Source: Marsupella aquatica (lineage: Eukaryota > Plantae > Marchantiophyta). Taken from it: 64,000 bases of DNA. The notes below the pieces were generated by a model. The model saw nothing but the letters and a program-made list of their open reading frames with translations, did no database searches and had not been told where the DNA came from. This document shows positions 1-12,554 of this stretch, in pieces (position 1 is the first letter of the stretch; every line of letters begins with the position of its first letter). The stretch covers positions 5,362,376 to 5,426,375 of the forward strand of contig OZ316892.1 of NCBI GenBank assembly GCA_973895155.1, written 5' to 3'. Made by a program: the position numbers and the translations under genes.

Positions 1-661
1 CTTTTGTCCTAAGTAGATTTTAGACCACCTCTCTTGGAGGTCTCTTCTTGCAGGCTCTTGGTCCATTTCTATTTTAAGTCATTTGCATTAAATAGGGACC
101 CACAAGTACTTCACAAGATCTTCTCTTCGCACATCTAGAAAGACTTTAGCCAAAGACTAGGTGACATTCGGGTGGAGTGGGTCCTCAATCTATCTTTTAG
201 TAAATTAATTTGGCACCACTAGCTGCACTTGGCTTCACAAGACCTTGGGGGCAATAAAAGTATTCAAAAAATGCTTTTAGCCCCAGGACACTATATTTAG
301 TGTGTGCAATGGCCCTTCACTTTGCTTTTTGGTGAAAAAAATTCCCAAGTGCCCCAGTCTTGTAAAGTACTCCTAATTCATCTTTATCAGTCAAGTATGT
401 TGCCAAAACCTAGCCTACCTAAAGCCCCTGGCCCTGAGTCACTCATTGTAGTCTAACACGACTCACCTGTGAACGCCCCCCCTCTAAGACCCTTCTTTAT
501 GTTTTATATTTTAAAAATTGTCTTATTAAGATTAACAGACTATTTCAGAGCCATTATTTACTCTAGGCAGTAGGCCTAAAAGGTAGTTTTGGATCACGAT
601 TGTATACTTATATACACCTTCAAATGTAATATAGCGATGCTCTCTCAGCAGATGTCATTAA

Positions 662-780
662 TTTTTAGGGTTTCCTTTTGCTCACTTCTTTTGCGTTTGG
701 TTTTGTCCACTTGGGACCTCTCTTGTTTATTCTTTTGTACTCTATTTGGCCTTTTTCTGTATAAAGTATGTGTATATTCT
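662..780 (+). mobile_element. 5'-truncated 3'-end copy of the CRE-like retrotransposon at 35031-38440
   Basis: 662-779 matches the reverse complement of 35032-35149 with one mismatch (ctgt vs ctat) and ends at the same TATATTCT terminus. Candidate TSD attaat at 657-662 and 784-789. It interrupts one unit of a local ctctcagcagatgtcat...ataaactaaggt repeat. Confidence 0.85.
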
Positions 781-1681
781 CTTATTAATATTTATAAACT
801 AAGGTGAGGTTGCTCTCAGCAGATGTCATGAATATTCATAAACTAAGGTCAGCATATATATATACGAACAGGGTTGCATTTATTTATTAGTCTCTCACAA
901 TTCCCTAACCTGTTGCTATGCTGTTGTATTGGCGTTTCAGTGCACCGGCTCAGATAACGTACCAGGCCCACCAGCCCACCTGCCTCAAAGTACTTTTGGG
1001 GCATCGCTGTGGCCCATGCCCTGCCGTGAAAAGTTAATTTTGATTCGTTGCAGATTATTAATAATGCAATGCAATAAAAACATTCTTAGATTGACCGTTT
1101 AAAACAATGTATGGAATAATAATATGAAATTATAATACGAAGATGTATTACAAGTTTTCCCCTAGTTTCACTGTTTTATTTTTAATTATTTTTTAATTAT
1201 GAATATATTGCCGGTCGGTGATTGCCTTTTCATTTTAAATTATTTGTCTCTATTTCAAATAAAAGGTGCTGGTGCACCAAATGAATCCCAGGGGGGAGAT
1301 ATTTTTTGTTTAGAGCAAAGTCCTTAATATCGTGGCTCACACACCATTCTTTGTAAGGCCAAGGTGGTTGATTTTAGGGCCTTTTGTCAAATTTCTCTCT
1401 GTGACTTTTCTATGCTCCAGTTTACTCTGGAGCTCTACCAAGCTTAGTTAATTTCCAATTTGTTGATAAGTAGGACTTTTTTACAGTGATATATCTCTTG
1501 GAAAGAAGAAAAGCAGGTGTGTGTATTGTGCCCACAAGCTTGGTAACTCAAGCTGACCCTGAAGTAGTCAGTTGGTGTGGTTGTGTCATCTACACTACAA
1601 TTTGAAATCAAAATCTACCATTAACTACCTACTCCATAGAGTGCAGCTCTAGATGATACTGTCTTTCTCTTGTAATAGTTT

Positions 1682-2212
1682 GTTTTTATACATAGGCTAT
1701 GCTTGTGAGTAAGGACTGGAATGAGGAGTCCTTGTAAGCATTCAAGCTTGGCAACTCAAGCTCGTTTTTATACGTAGGCTATGCTTGTGAGTAAGGACTG
1801 GAATGAGGAGTCCTTGGAAGCATTCAAGCTTGGCAACTCAAGCTCATGCTGAAGTAGTAAGTTGGTGTCATCTATACTATAATTTGCAATCAACCATGAA
1901 TCATGACCTACTCCATAGAGTGAAGCATTAGATCACAATTTCTCTATACTATAATTTGCAATCAACCACAAATCATGACCTAGTGAAGCATTAGATCACA
2001 ATTTCTCTATACTATAATTTGCAATCAACCACGAATCATGACCTACTCCATAGAGTGAAGCATTATATCATAATTTCTCTGGACCACTTTGTTTTTATAT
2101 TTAGATTATGCTAGTGAATCAAGACTGGAAGGAGGAGTCTGGGTTCAAGGAACCTTTGCTGTGCATACACGAGAGTCTGGGTTCAAGGAACCTTTCCTGT
2201 GCATACACGAGT
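1682..2212. repeat. Cluster of local tandem duplications (about 82 bp x2, about 62-73 bp x3, 38 bp x2)
   Basis: taggctatgcttgtgagtaaggactggaatgaggagtcctt...caactcaagct occurs twice. tctatactataatttgcaatcaacca occurs three times. gagtctgggttcaaggaaccttt.ctgtgcatacacga occurs twice. Confidence 0.85.
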
Positions 2213-3534
2213 ATCTTGTTGATACAACTCGTGAAACCCAGCAAGTTGAAACCCAACAAGTTGTGGTTTCGAATCTTCTCTCCTTTATTGGGTCTCCAGC
2301 AGTTTGGATAGTGGTTTTTGGCATCATGACTTTTGGCAGTGTGTTATATAGTTTAGTCTCAGAAACAAGAGTTTTTAATCTCAAAGAAATTCATGTGAAC
2401 GTCCTTTCCTGGAGCACTCGGAAAATGGTCAAGCCAACATTATTTTAGTTAGTAGATATCCAAATGCAGGACATAGAAAGTACAACTTCAGCACACAAAA
2501 CCATAAAATACAAGTCAGGCCAGTCAGGCAGGACCAAAGTCTCTGCCTGTGGGTCCCTGGTCCCCGACAGAGCATGGGTCCCTGGTCCCCACCATAGCAA
2601 AGCGTGAATTTCAGTACAAAAGGTTTCAAAGGTGGATAACGCCATTGACCAAAGTCATAATGGACAAAGTGGAAATGGAGGTATGATCCAGATTACTTCA
2701 AGTGCACTTTTCTGAACTTTTCAAAGTGGGCATGATGATCGTCTAGGATGGATTGTAAGCTGAGATCGTTATCTCTTGAGATCCAAGTTTTTCCTCTAAC
2801 ATTCATTGTGCTCTGCATCTTTGACGATCCCATGCCCCTGCTTGGGTTCTGTAGACTGTTCTTTCTACTGCTCATTCAAGCTTTGCTCATATGAAAGTAT
2901 AAAGAACAGTACAGTTTGAAGCAGACAACTCGTGCCAAATACCACGATGCTTGTGCCAGCTCGACCTGGCAATTGTGTTGGTCTGCCAGGTTTCATGCCC
3001 TTGGGTCAGTCCGCTAAATCTCCAGTGCTTACCTCCCAAGTGTATCATTCCTGCTAACACAATCAGCGGCGTTCAGATTCTGCCAGCTTGATTGCCTGCT
3101 TATGCTGCCCAGAGAGCGAACATCCTCTACGTCTATCTTCTCAATTTTTTCAAAATCCTGTGTGGGGAAAGCGATTTTCCCGAGAGCTGACTCAATTTCC
3201 GCTTTCAACTTAAAGTGACTCCTACATTTCCTGTGCCAATGGACTACAACTCCAGTGAGATGTAGCTAACAAACAAAAAATCCTCTGACAAATAGCTGGG
3301 GATAACTCTACGAGTTGTTCTCATTTCTCCCCTATTGAAAAAACCTTTGGTCATATCTTGATGGATATTGACAAAGCCCCCAAGAAGTGTTTCAATCAAC
3401 CGATTTGAGTCAAGCTTAATTGTTGCCTAGTTCAGAAACAGTCCAGGTTACCCAATGATCTGCTCAGAACACAGTCCTTGAAGCTCTCCCAATCCATCCG
3501 CTTCCCAAGATTTCATGTAGGAGATTCCAGGTTC

Positions 3535-4142
3535 TCAATCTTCGCCATCATCTCCATTACCTGCCTGCTGATGACTTATTTTTTGTGCACGATACATTTC
3601 TGCAACCTGCAGGTCGGGATGGGAATTATGTTTAGTATTAGATTAGATAATATGAAGAGTTTTACATCAAATACCTGCTCTGAAAAACCCTTAGGGAGTG
3701 TAAAGTAGATGCCATTTCACCAGTACCTGCTCTGATGTAGTGGCTTCTTCAGGTTTCTTGTCTTCACGTACACGCAACAGTCGTGGAAACCGCAGAGATA
3801 TGCCCTGTAAATGCGAAACATCAATGCTTTTTCGGTTGACAACCGATCACCATAAAGCGGAATCAATCAATTACAATCTGTAATTCAGATTTATAACAGG
3901 ATAAAGTGGGAAGTTCTTAATTATAAAGACGCAAACAGGAAAAGTGAAAAGGGGAACGCACTTTATTGGGGTCCACCAAACCATTAGCAGCTCGATGAAC
4001 AGGACTGATTGTCAGATCAGCGGCCTTTACTTCCCAGACCTGCGATGTGAATTGAATGACATGTAAGACTTTGTAAACATGCGTGCAAACTTAAGTCCGA
4101 CCCTGAGTCAGTCCCCACTTTTCGCAAGGATCAACATCACGG

Positions 4143-4173
<31 letters not shown>

Positions 4174-7100
4174 GAACTTCAACGAGAATTCTGTGTCCAG
4201 CGCGATGTTGCATCACAATTATAGAGATTATGGCATACAAACAAAAGGAACATACACGTGGCGGTCTTCAACACGATGCAGTGCAATACACCTGAGACTG
4301 AAACGAACTCGGGCAAAAGTTAACCCACCTCTACTGGATCAAACCACACATCAGGTTTTGGCTTGTCTCCATATCGATAATAGGGCTGCACCGAATTAGC
4401 CATGATTGACTTTTAGTTCGAAATACCAGCCAAGTAATTCAACTCAATGCATTGATCTAATATCAAACTTCCGTGGTCTTCGCTAGAGAAGTCTGATATT
4501 ACAAATGGCGGCCCTTTCTCAGTAGCAAATGCTCCCTTACGCAGTGTCTAGAAAGGCAACCCGAGACGGGAAAAATTACCCTGGGTTTGTCAATGACATG
4601 CTTTCGAAGTGAAGTCGAACACTCTTCCAAAACTTGTTCCGAAAATCCCGTCCCTGGAGAAGGATACCACCAAATTGGACTCCGGAGGATTCAGCAAAAT
4701 CCCTTAAGAAGTTCTAGAAAGGAACAGTTAACTTTCGGGACATATAAAAACTACCGCATGTAATGTATTTACTGCCCCCCCCCCCCCCCTTCCCCTCTAA
4801 AAACTATCAAACTTGAAATTCTTAAAAAATGTGGGAAGTGGCGAAAGCAAACCACGATGCCAATGAGAGGGACATGACAAATCCATTTACGTGCTATATG
4901 AAGCTTTGAACAACATTCTCTACGGGTGAACTGAGGTTGGTCTTAAAAGCATCCATGGGCGCACAAGCTATGACGAGACATAAACTTTTTCAAGGCAAGC
5001 ACCATTTACCGATTTTGCAAATACTCTGATACTCTTCTGAATCGTCGTCATAGCAAGCCAACAGAAACGCTCCATAAACACCTGCAACAAGTTGGAAAAC
5101 CGTACTATTTGAGAAGTAGACACCAAATTCAAACTCAAATATCAAACGAGCAGGGATGGCAGGTTTTATAGACGTCAGATACAGACGCCCGTGTTATACT
5201 ATATGCTGAACATCTGAGGGACTGGATCCCTCAAATCTTTAATTGAGGAATCCAAGTGATCTTTGATAAAGGGATTTACAAGCCCAGCAGGCCGCAGGAA
5301 GAGCAATTATCTATCATGATGACTAGCGCAAGGATCTTACCCGTTCGCTTTCCTTGGCCAAGAAATCCTCCAATTGGAACTAGATCTAGAGAATCTCCGA
5401 CACTGAAAGGGGGACAGCAATCCACTAGTTAGAGACCAAGAACATTTCACACAAGACCTTCACAAAGGCCAATGGATCCACATTTATCAGATACCATGCC
5501 ACCCTATAAATCAATTGGTGACGAAAGTGGACCTAGAAATGCCATGAGAAAGGAGTAGAAAACATTGCAGCCCATATCTGAGCTTCATTTCAGTGATAAG
5601 GATGAGGGAGGGGAACTAAACTTTGGAAATGTTAGCAAGTGCCTTCACAGCGTGTCGCTTGTGAACATGGTAGGTGAAGTCAGAAGACAAAAGTCGGTGC
5701 ATCAAGTACCTGTCCATGTAGTCCTTCTTCAGTTTAAGCCAGTTATGGGACCTCTTTGCTGGCTCGTATGTAGCCTCAGTATCCAGGGTCTTCACAATGA
5801 GCCCCTCACAACTGCACTTTGATGATCAGCCGCAAAGCATTTCAAATATAAGCTACCACCATCTTTTCTTAAACAAAGCCTTTACAACAGAAACGAGTAT
5901 GTGAATACTGAAACAAAACAGAATTTCCCCTTAAAGGGTGGTATATGGTGGTGAAATGCACCGATTACACACATAACACGAATCTGACAACACATCCACG
6001 TTCTACAACCTTCAAGTGCAAAAACAGCAATGAAATGTCGACCTATGATTCACAGCTTCCTCGAGAAATTTTTGCATTTCATCAAGCTCGCGCGTATCCG
6101 TAGCAGTAGCAAACTGAAACTTTCCGTCCACCTCCTCAAATGACTTATACAACTCCTGTACCACAGGATCGATTGCAACAAACGTCTGTGTCAGAATCAG
6201 CTTACCGTAAATTTCCGATTTCAACACTGGTATCAATTGCATGAATGCGAGGGAGCCATATAAAGAAAACTTCAGGTCTAAGAGTGAGATCTAGCACAAG
6301 TCATACATTCTTGAGCATTGGAACAAAAGAGTCACCAATTTTCAGACAGGAACCTGGTGGTCACCTTACGACGGGCAGCAAGTTGTTCATTTAGTAGATT
6401 TCGGCCGTTGATATACAACAGGTCAAACGCATATAAACAAACTTTTATCTTGATGTCATCAACAATTACTCCTTTCCTAGCGCGGGTAGACAAGACCTGA
6501 TACCGGATCCAGGACGTCAGAACAATCTCATCTCATTTTAGAATTGGGCAAGCTTATGTTCAGTCTGATGTTCAAAAGCCAAAAGATTTACTTTCAAAGA
6601 ATGCAGAGTAGAACTAGTATACTCTCTAGCAATCAGCAGAACTGCTGGCACGGTACATATATCTCCCATGGATTGGTGAAGGTACAGTCTGCTTATGTTC
6701 CCAGAAAACTTGATGATATCACCTCTCGCCTTTGAAACAAATACACGAGATTATGACTTCACACCTGGAAAGGTAGAATTTTTCCCGTGTCTGTTTCGTA
6801 CGCCACTATTTCAGAATCTAGCACGAAGGTTTTCACCTCTGGCTTTTTTATTCTGCATTGAGCCAGTGTCATCCGCGTAAGGTCAACCATGAACAAAAAT
6901 AATACCCTAGTATGAATAACTCTCATCAACAGTCGCAACAGTTTTGCTGCAGTATTTCCAAGAGGTCAAACAACTTCTTAGGAATTAGATTTATCTTTAG
7001 AACTTACTCTGCAACCAACTGAACAACATCTGGAAATTTTCCCGTGTTTCGCTCGGCATTTCTACTATATATTTCTATTGAGCCGTCCTCCATGTAGTGT

Positions 7101-10100
7101 ATCTGTATCAAAATTACAAGCGATCGAAAAGTTACCAGTTGAGTATACCCCAGTTTGTTAAACAAGACTCATCATCCAAGCACTCGGAACCGAAATGTCA
7201 TTCAATTTAGACTGCGCTTATAAAACTGGTCCTGTAATGAAAGTGATAGATAATCTCTATGTGGTTGTAAGCTGAAACACGAATGGTTGCTGCTTTTTGA
7301 AGACCTCGTTGAAGACAATATTGGCATTCATAGCAACAGCATATTAGAATGTGACAGATATGCATAAAGTGGACAAACACGCAAAGGTTCAAATCAGAAA
7401 GGAAGAGGATTGCAGCTATGGAGCTCATTTCACCTGGGCTCGCTCCCCATCATACTTGTACTCACATGTGAAAACTAAGTCTTGAAACCTGTCCAGCACC
7501 TCTGATACCCCTGTAGTTGGCTTAGCTAGCATGGGCCCCACAGGTATGCCAATTGTAAAAGCACACACTTCAGGAAGCTTTTGTATCCCCACATCGAGAA
7601 GTGCAGGCACAATACGGTCGTAGATGGGTAGGACAGAATAGGTATTCTTCATAACTTGCCCAGCCTGGCCAAACATACACGTGGCATGAGATGACACAGC
7701 AACTCCCTCGGGAACAAGGTGGACTCTGTGCATTGACGGAAGTACAAGAAATGAAAGATGACTGTCCTGCTAAATGGAGAAGCTCTCTAGCAAAAAATCG
7801 TGTGGGAACTTGTCCGTAACCTGCCAATTATAGTCTCCAGTTTTAAGAAGCGACTAGAAGCTTAGTACTCACTTCCTCCAAGCGGGCCTTAAGTTTGGAA
7901 GCTGGAACTGGTGGCTTCTCTGACAATACTGCTGCTTGTCCTAAGGACACAAGCATAGTCTGCTCTGCCAAACCGATTCTCATTTTCGCCTGTTGAACAA
8001 CATCACGAACGTTCAAGCTGAGTTCAGCTCTGAATCAGAAGCGCCAGTATGAATAACATTTACCTTAATTTAACAATTTTTCGTGTTTAGAAAAACATAG
8101 ACTTAAGTTCTCCAGATTAGAAAAATCGAATCGACCATCAAGCATTTTATAGTTCATCTTGCTCAAGAACTGAGTTTAAAAGGTGTGGATTAGAGGAGAT
8201 CATCAACTAATGTGGAAGGTCTGTGTTCAGAGCCATGAAGAAAACCTATATCAGTCTTGCAATAAGGCTAGATGAAGTCCTCTGCCTGCCATTGACTTAA
8301 GGAAGCCAGTGCGGTCTATGTCACCCTCACCATCATCTATACAATAAGTGTTACCAGCCTTCTTGGCTTGTGAGTGAGAAGGGACTCACAAGGACCAACC
8401 TCCGGCCTTGGGAAATACCACAGACAGGAAAACTTACCTGAAGAAGACGAACAAGATATTGAGGTTCACAATCGGTTCCGGCAACCAGCAAAGCTTTCAT
8501 TCGTCCCCGTTTCTTCTCCTGGCTTTGATTTCCTGATTCCTGGTGCGTTCGGAGCAATAGCCACTCACAACGTCAAACGAAAGCTTTGATAGTGTAAACC
8601 AACCGTCCAGCTGTCTCATATTGACAGATGTCAGATGAATCTCAGTCCAGTGCACTTGCATAAACTTACCCAAATGATAATCTAAACAAGCATGAGGAAA
8701 GGAAACAATGGGAGAGCTTCACCTTTGCAATGACACGAAATGCTTCTAACACCTTGGCGCAGGTCAACGGCTGGGGCTTAAACATTAATCGTTGTGTTGA
8801 CCGGCTCGCTTTAGCAACAAGCCCCAAATCTCCCAAAGTCTGAAATCATAACAAATTCATGGTAAAGAGCGCCCACCAGGCTCCGCAGACATTGGACTAG
8901 AGAATAAGAGAATATTTGATCCACCGATTCCAATATGATCAGTTTGTAAAGGTTAGTTTTAATACATGTGTGTTTAGTGACAGTATGGTCAGTGTGGTGC
9001 AACATGACTGCTAAACTTCCACAGAAAAAATGAAATTTGGTTTCAAATGAAGCACCTTAAGTTGACTTTTAATCTTGTCTTCGTTGCTGCCATACGCTTC
9101 AGCAAGTGTTCTGATAATTGCAGCGTCTCCTATACCCAGCTCAATTCCCTCATGTGCTGGAGCAACCTTGTTGGCTGAAAGGTAAACCACCGGTAGAAGG
9201 TCTCCGGGGGTAGTGGCAATAACTGTGCGGAACATATTGCAGAGAATTTCGGTGATTACCAGTCGCTTGGATTCATTCGCTATCACTGCCACCGCATCAA
9301 CAAACACAACCAGCATCTCAACACCTGAGAAACTCTTGAAAGGAAGAAATGGATTCAAGACGCAACTTAGTCTGGCGAGGAACACTACTTTTCCTTGGCA
9401 TAATCCCAGATCTACGAGGCTGTAGTCAATAAAATTGAGGTGCTTTCTCGAAGGCAAAAGTTTTCATACAAAGGCGTAGATAGTGATTTCTGACAATGGT
9501 CTAGAAACCTACAAATCAAGCTCGGAGCCAGCACTTGGTGGCATACTCATCTCAATTCACGTCCCAATATTTAAAACTGGTGCTAAACAGAATCTTTATC
9601 TACGAATTGCATTTGCAATATTTAACAACAAGAAGCTACTCGAACTGGGCTGGTCACTTCAACTCCTTACTTCTACAATTTCGAGTGAAAGAAAGGCCTC
9701 CTTGACTGAAGAGGGGAAGACCAGCTAAGTTGTTAAGTATCTCGGATCATGTAACAGAATCGTATGTCACATCATCCAGAGACTTTATGGACACTTTGAA
9801 GCTCCAGAGCTGAAAACCAAATTTACAAAGCCCTCCGACCAAGAGAAAAGTTTGAGAGGCAGGCACGTACAGTCCAGAGCCTTAGCAAAGAAGATGAAAG
9901 GAACTTGCTCTCCGTCCTTCCAGAATGCAGCCTTCTTTGGATCAAAGTCTGCCTGTTTCTTCATCAACTCTGCGTCCACTTTGTCCACGCCTGTTGCTCC
10001 AGCAAGCTTCTCCTTCTTCCCAGCTGCAGAAACGGACATGGTAGCATCACGATTAACCTCCACCTTCACCTCGTCCACTGCCTTTGCTTTTTTGGAAGGG

Positions 10101-10357
10101 TCTTCCGAAGACACTTCAGGCCCTTTGACAGCAAAAGTGGATGCTGATTTCGGAGCAGCGCCAGTGGTTTTCTTTGCATCACCATTGACCTCCCCTTCCA
10201 CCTCGTCCGCCATCTTAGCTTTTTTGGAAGAGGCTTCCGAAGGCACTTCCGGCCCTTTCACAGCAACAGTGGAGGCTGATTTTGCGGCAGCGCCAGTGGT
10301 TTTCTTAGCTCTGGCATTCTTCATCATGACATCCAAGATGCTCCTCTTCTCCGCCAT
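3535..10357 (-). CDS. LIG1: DNA ligase 1 (ATP-dependent), about 768 aa, 18 exons
   Basis: Exons with GT-AG introns: 10357-9871, 9285-9056, 8839-8723, 8539-8438, 7989-7873, 7664-7434, 7102-7008, 6852-6765, 6496-6365, 6155-6043, 5811-5710, 5402-5341, 5081-5010, 4653-4580, 4385-4329, 4039-3962, 3804-3727, 3606-3535. They sum to 2307 nt in frame. Motifs: [11 protein letters not shown] (active-site Lys), [55 protein letters not shown]. Confidence 0.97.
4147..4172. repeat. (GA)n microsatellite in a LIG1 intron
   Basis: Perfect GA run seen directly. Confidence 0.95.
10045..10309 (-). repeat. 132-bp (44-aa) in-frame tandem duplication in LIG1 exon 1
   Basis: [32 protein letters not shown]... is followed by [32 protein letters not shown]... 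The anchor cgccagtggttttc lies at 10159 and 10291. Confidence 0.95.
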
Positions 10358-11631
10358 AGCGCTGTTGGGTCTAGAGATAATTCCCGTATTGTCCCCCACC
10401 CAATGGGGAGAAGAGCCGACTGAATTGAATCGAATTGAATGAATTGGAACTCCTCATTGTTTCACGAATGGGAAACTTCTTTCCCGCCTTTTGGTTTCAT
10501 GATTAGTCTCTGGACTCTCCCAAGTCCCAACCCCAATTCATTGTCAGCTGTGGAGGCTCCATGGACTACAGAATAGGGGTGAAGCCTCCCCACCCCACTA
10601 CTGCCCCCAAAATCTTGGAGGGTTGCAGTGGGGGCAGGGTAATTTATAGTGATTAGAGGACTAGACATGAATTATAAAGTTTTGAAAAGAACGACAAGGG
10701 TCATTATGGGAGACATGATACCATAGGCAAGAAACCCAATAAAGGGAGGAAAACAAAGAAAAACAAAAAGGAAAGATTGATGAGCCAACGAGCCCAAGAA
10801 TGAAAAGTAGGGCCATATTGAGCAACAAATTGAAAAGCCTGGAAAAGCTTTGGAGTAAACCGGGTAGGAGGGTCACAAAGAGGAATTTGACTTGCTCCCT
10901 TTGCCCACTGCTCACTCAAATTGTGCCAATCATTGTATACACTTTGATTCGCACAAGTCAATTATATCATTGTATATTTTAGTGATTAGCTTGCATACCA
11001 GAGTGTATGCATAGGAAGCATAGGAAGGGCTCCTTGTAACCAGATGCTGCATTCCCATCCATGTTCACAAGCATAGTGTCTAAATGTGATTTTTTTTCTG
11101 TTACTAGAAAAATGTCTACAGAGTAGGTCATGAATAATAGACTTGGCTATGGATTTCTAATATAGAATAGAGGAGGTGGAATAAATTTGCCCAAGTCACA
11201 TGCTTGCCTAGTGTGTTCAATGACTAGGTCGATACCTGCGTGTAATGTTGTTGAGGAATGATTAACTTGCTGTTGGAACTTGTTGTCCTGTAAATTAGTA
11301 AATTAAAAGCAATATATTCTATCTTGATGATATGAGTTAAAAAAAACTATTCCTAAAGACAACAGTACATTTTTTAATTAGATATATTAATGCTAAGTGT
11401 TGTAGCAAGCTCGTATTGCACAGATACCAACAACAGTCTGTTTAATTTCGTGAATACATGTGCCATATATATTGTTTTGGCCATGAATACATATTGTTAT
11501 GTGAATACTTAACTTTATTGTTCGAGCCAATCATGTCAATCTTACACAGTATCACAATGGTGTGCATGGTGGTTGAGAACCAAAAGGTGCAGGGTTGATT
11601 CCTTTAGGTGGGTTTGTGTATCGGTGTCAAG

Positions 11632-12210
11632 TTTTAAACTGGGAAAACATTCAACCAAAAAAAGTTCCAAAACTCATTTAAGGTGTTATTTCAAACACAA
11701 TTTAAGAACAAAGGGGGTTTGCTAACAATTTCACATGGATGAAAGTACAAAGGCAAGATTTTCATAGGACAAATCAAAACTTAAACCACAATTGCCCCTA
11801 TAAAGAGTTACGAGTTACCAATAGCTTTCATTATAAAGTGCACAGGTTTAGGAATTGGTTTGACCTCCACGAAAGGTGGGGAGTGTGCACAGGTTTAGGA
11901 ATTGGTTTGAGCTCCACAAAAGGTGAGGAGTGCTCCACCTTTTATAATGAAATACTGTCCCCCGCACAACAAAAATGTTTAGTAGTGAGGGAGGGAATGG
12001 GGCTTTTATATGGGCAGGTGTGGTTTAAGGTGGGTGTACTGCACTACTGTCAATTTTTAAACTGGGAAAGATTTCAGGGAAGCCAAAAAGTTATAAAATT
12101 AATTTAAGATGTTATTTCAAACACAACATAAAAACAAAGGGGGTTTGCCTCCAGTTCCACATGGATGAAAATGGAAAGGAAAGTTTTTCTTTGGATAAAT
12201 CAAAACTTGA
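11632..12210. repeat. Diverged direct repeat (about 155 bp, about 425 bp apart), probably a TE remnant
   Basis: ttttaaactgggaaa...atttaag.tgttatttcaaacacaa...aacaaagggggtttgc...cacatggatgaaa...aaatcaaaactt at about 11632 and about 12055. Confidence 0.7.
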
Positions 12211-12554
12211 ATACTAATTATTGAAATCTGTTCCAGGTCAGGTGCTTTCTCTATAAGGGGAAGTAAAATAAAAACCCAACTATGGCTTGGGCAATATGCT
12301 ATGGAAATTGCTGCAAGACTCCTAACCTACCTGTCTTCTACATAGATTCACTCCACTCATATTTATTGTTCCCTTTTGTTTCCTTGCTTTCTTGCTTCCC
12401 TCTTTTATAGCAGGAGTAGCTCCTGGTCAGACTCTGACTCTGACTCTTTCTATTTCTCCGCTTTCTTTCGTTGTCTTCCTTCCTTTTGTAGGCAGTCCCA
12501 TTCCTCTACTCTGCTTGAGGATCCTCCTGGGACTATGGTTAAAACAACTAAACT

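Noticed and set aside
589-807. Hydrophobic ORFs here and at 30379-30920 and 34837-35255
   Set aside because: They are translations of the T-rich retrotransposon 3' UTR, not membrane proteins.
9852-10442. 196-aa plus-strand ORF
   Set aside because: Antisense shadow of the low-complexity LIG1 exon 1.
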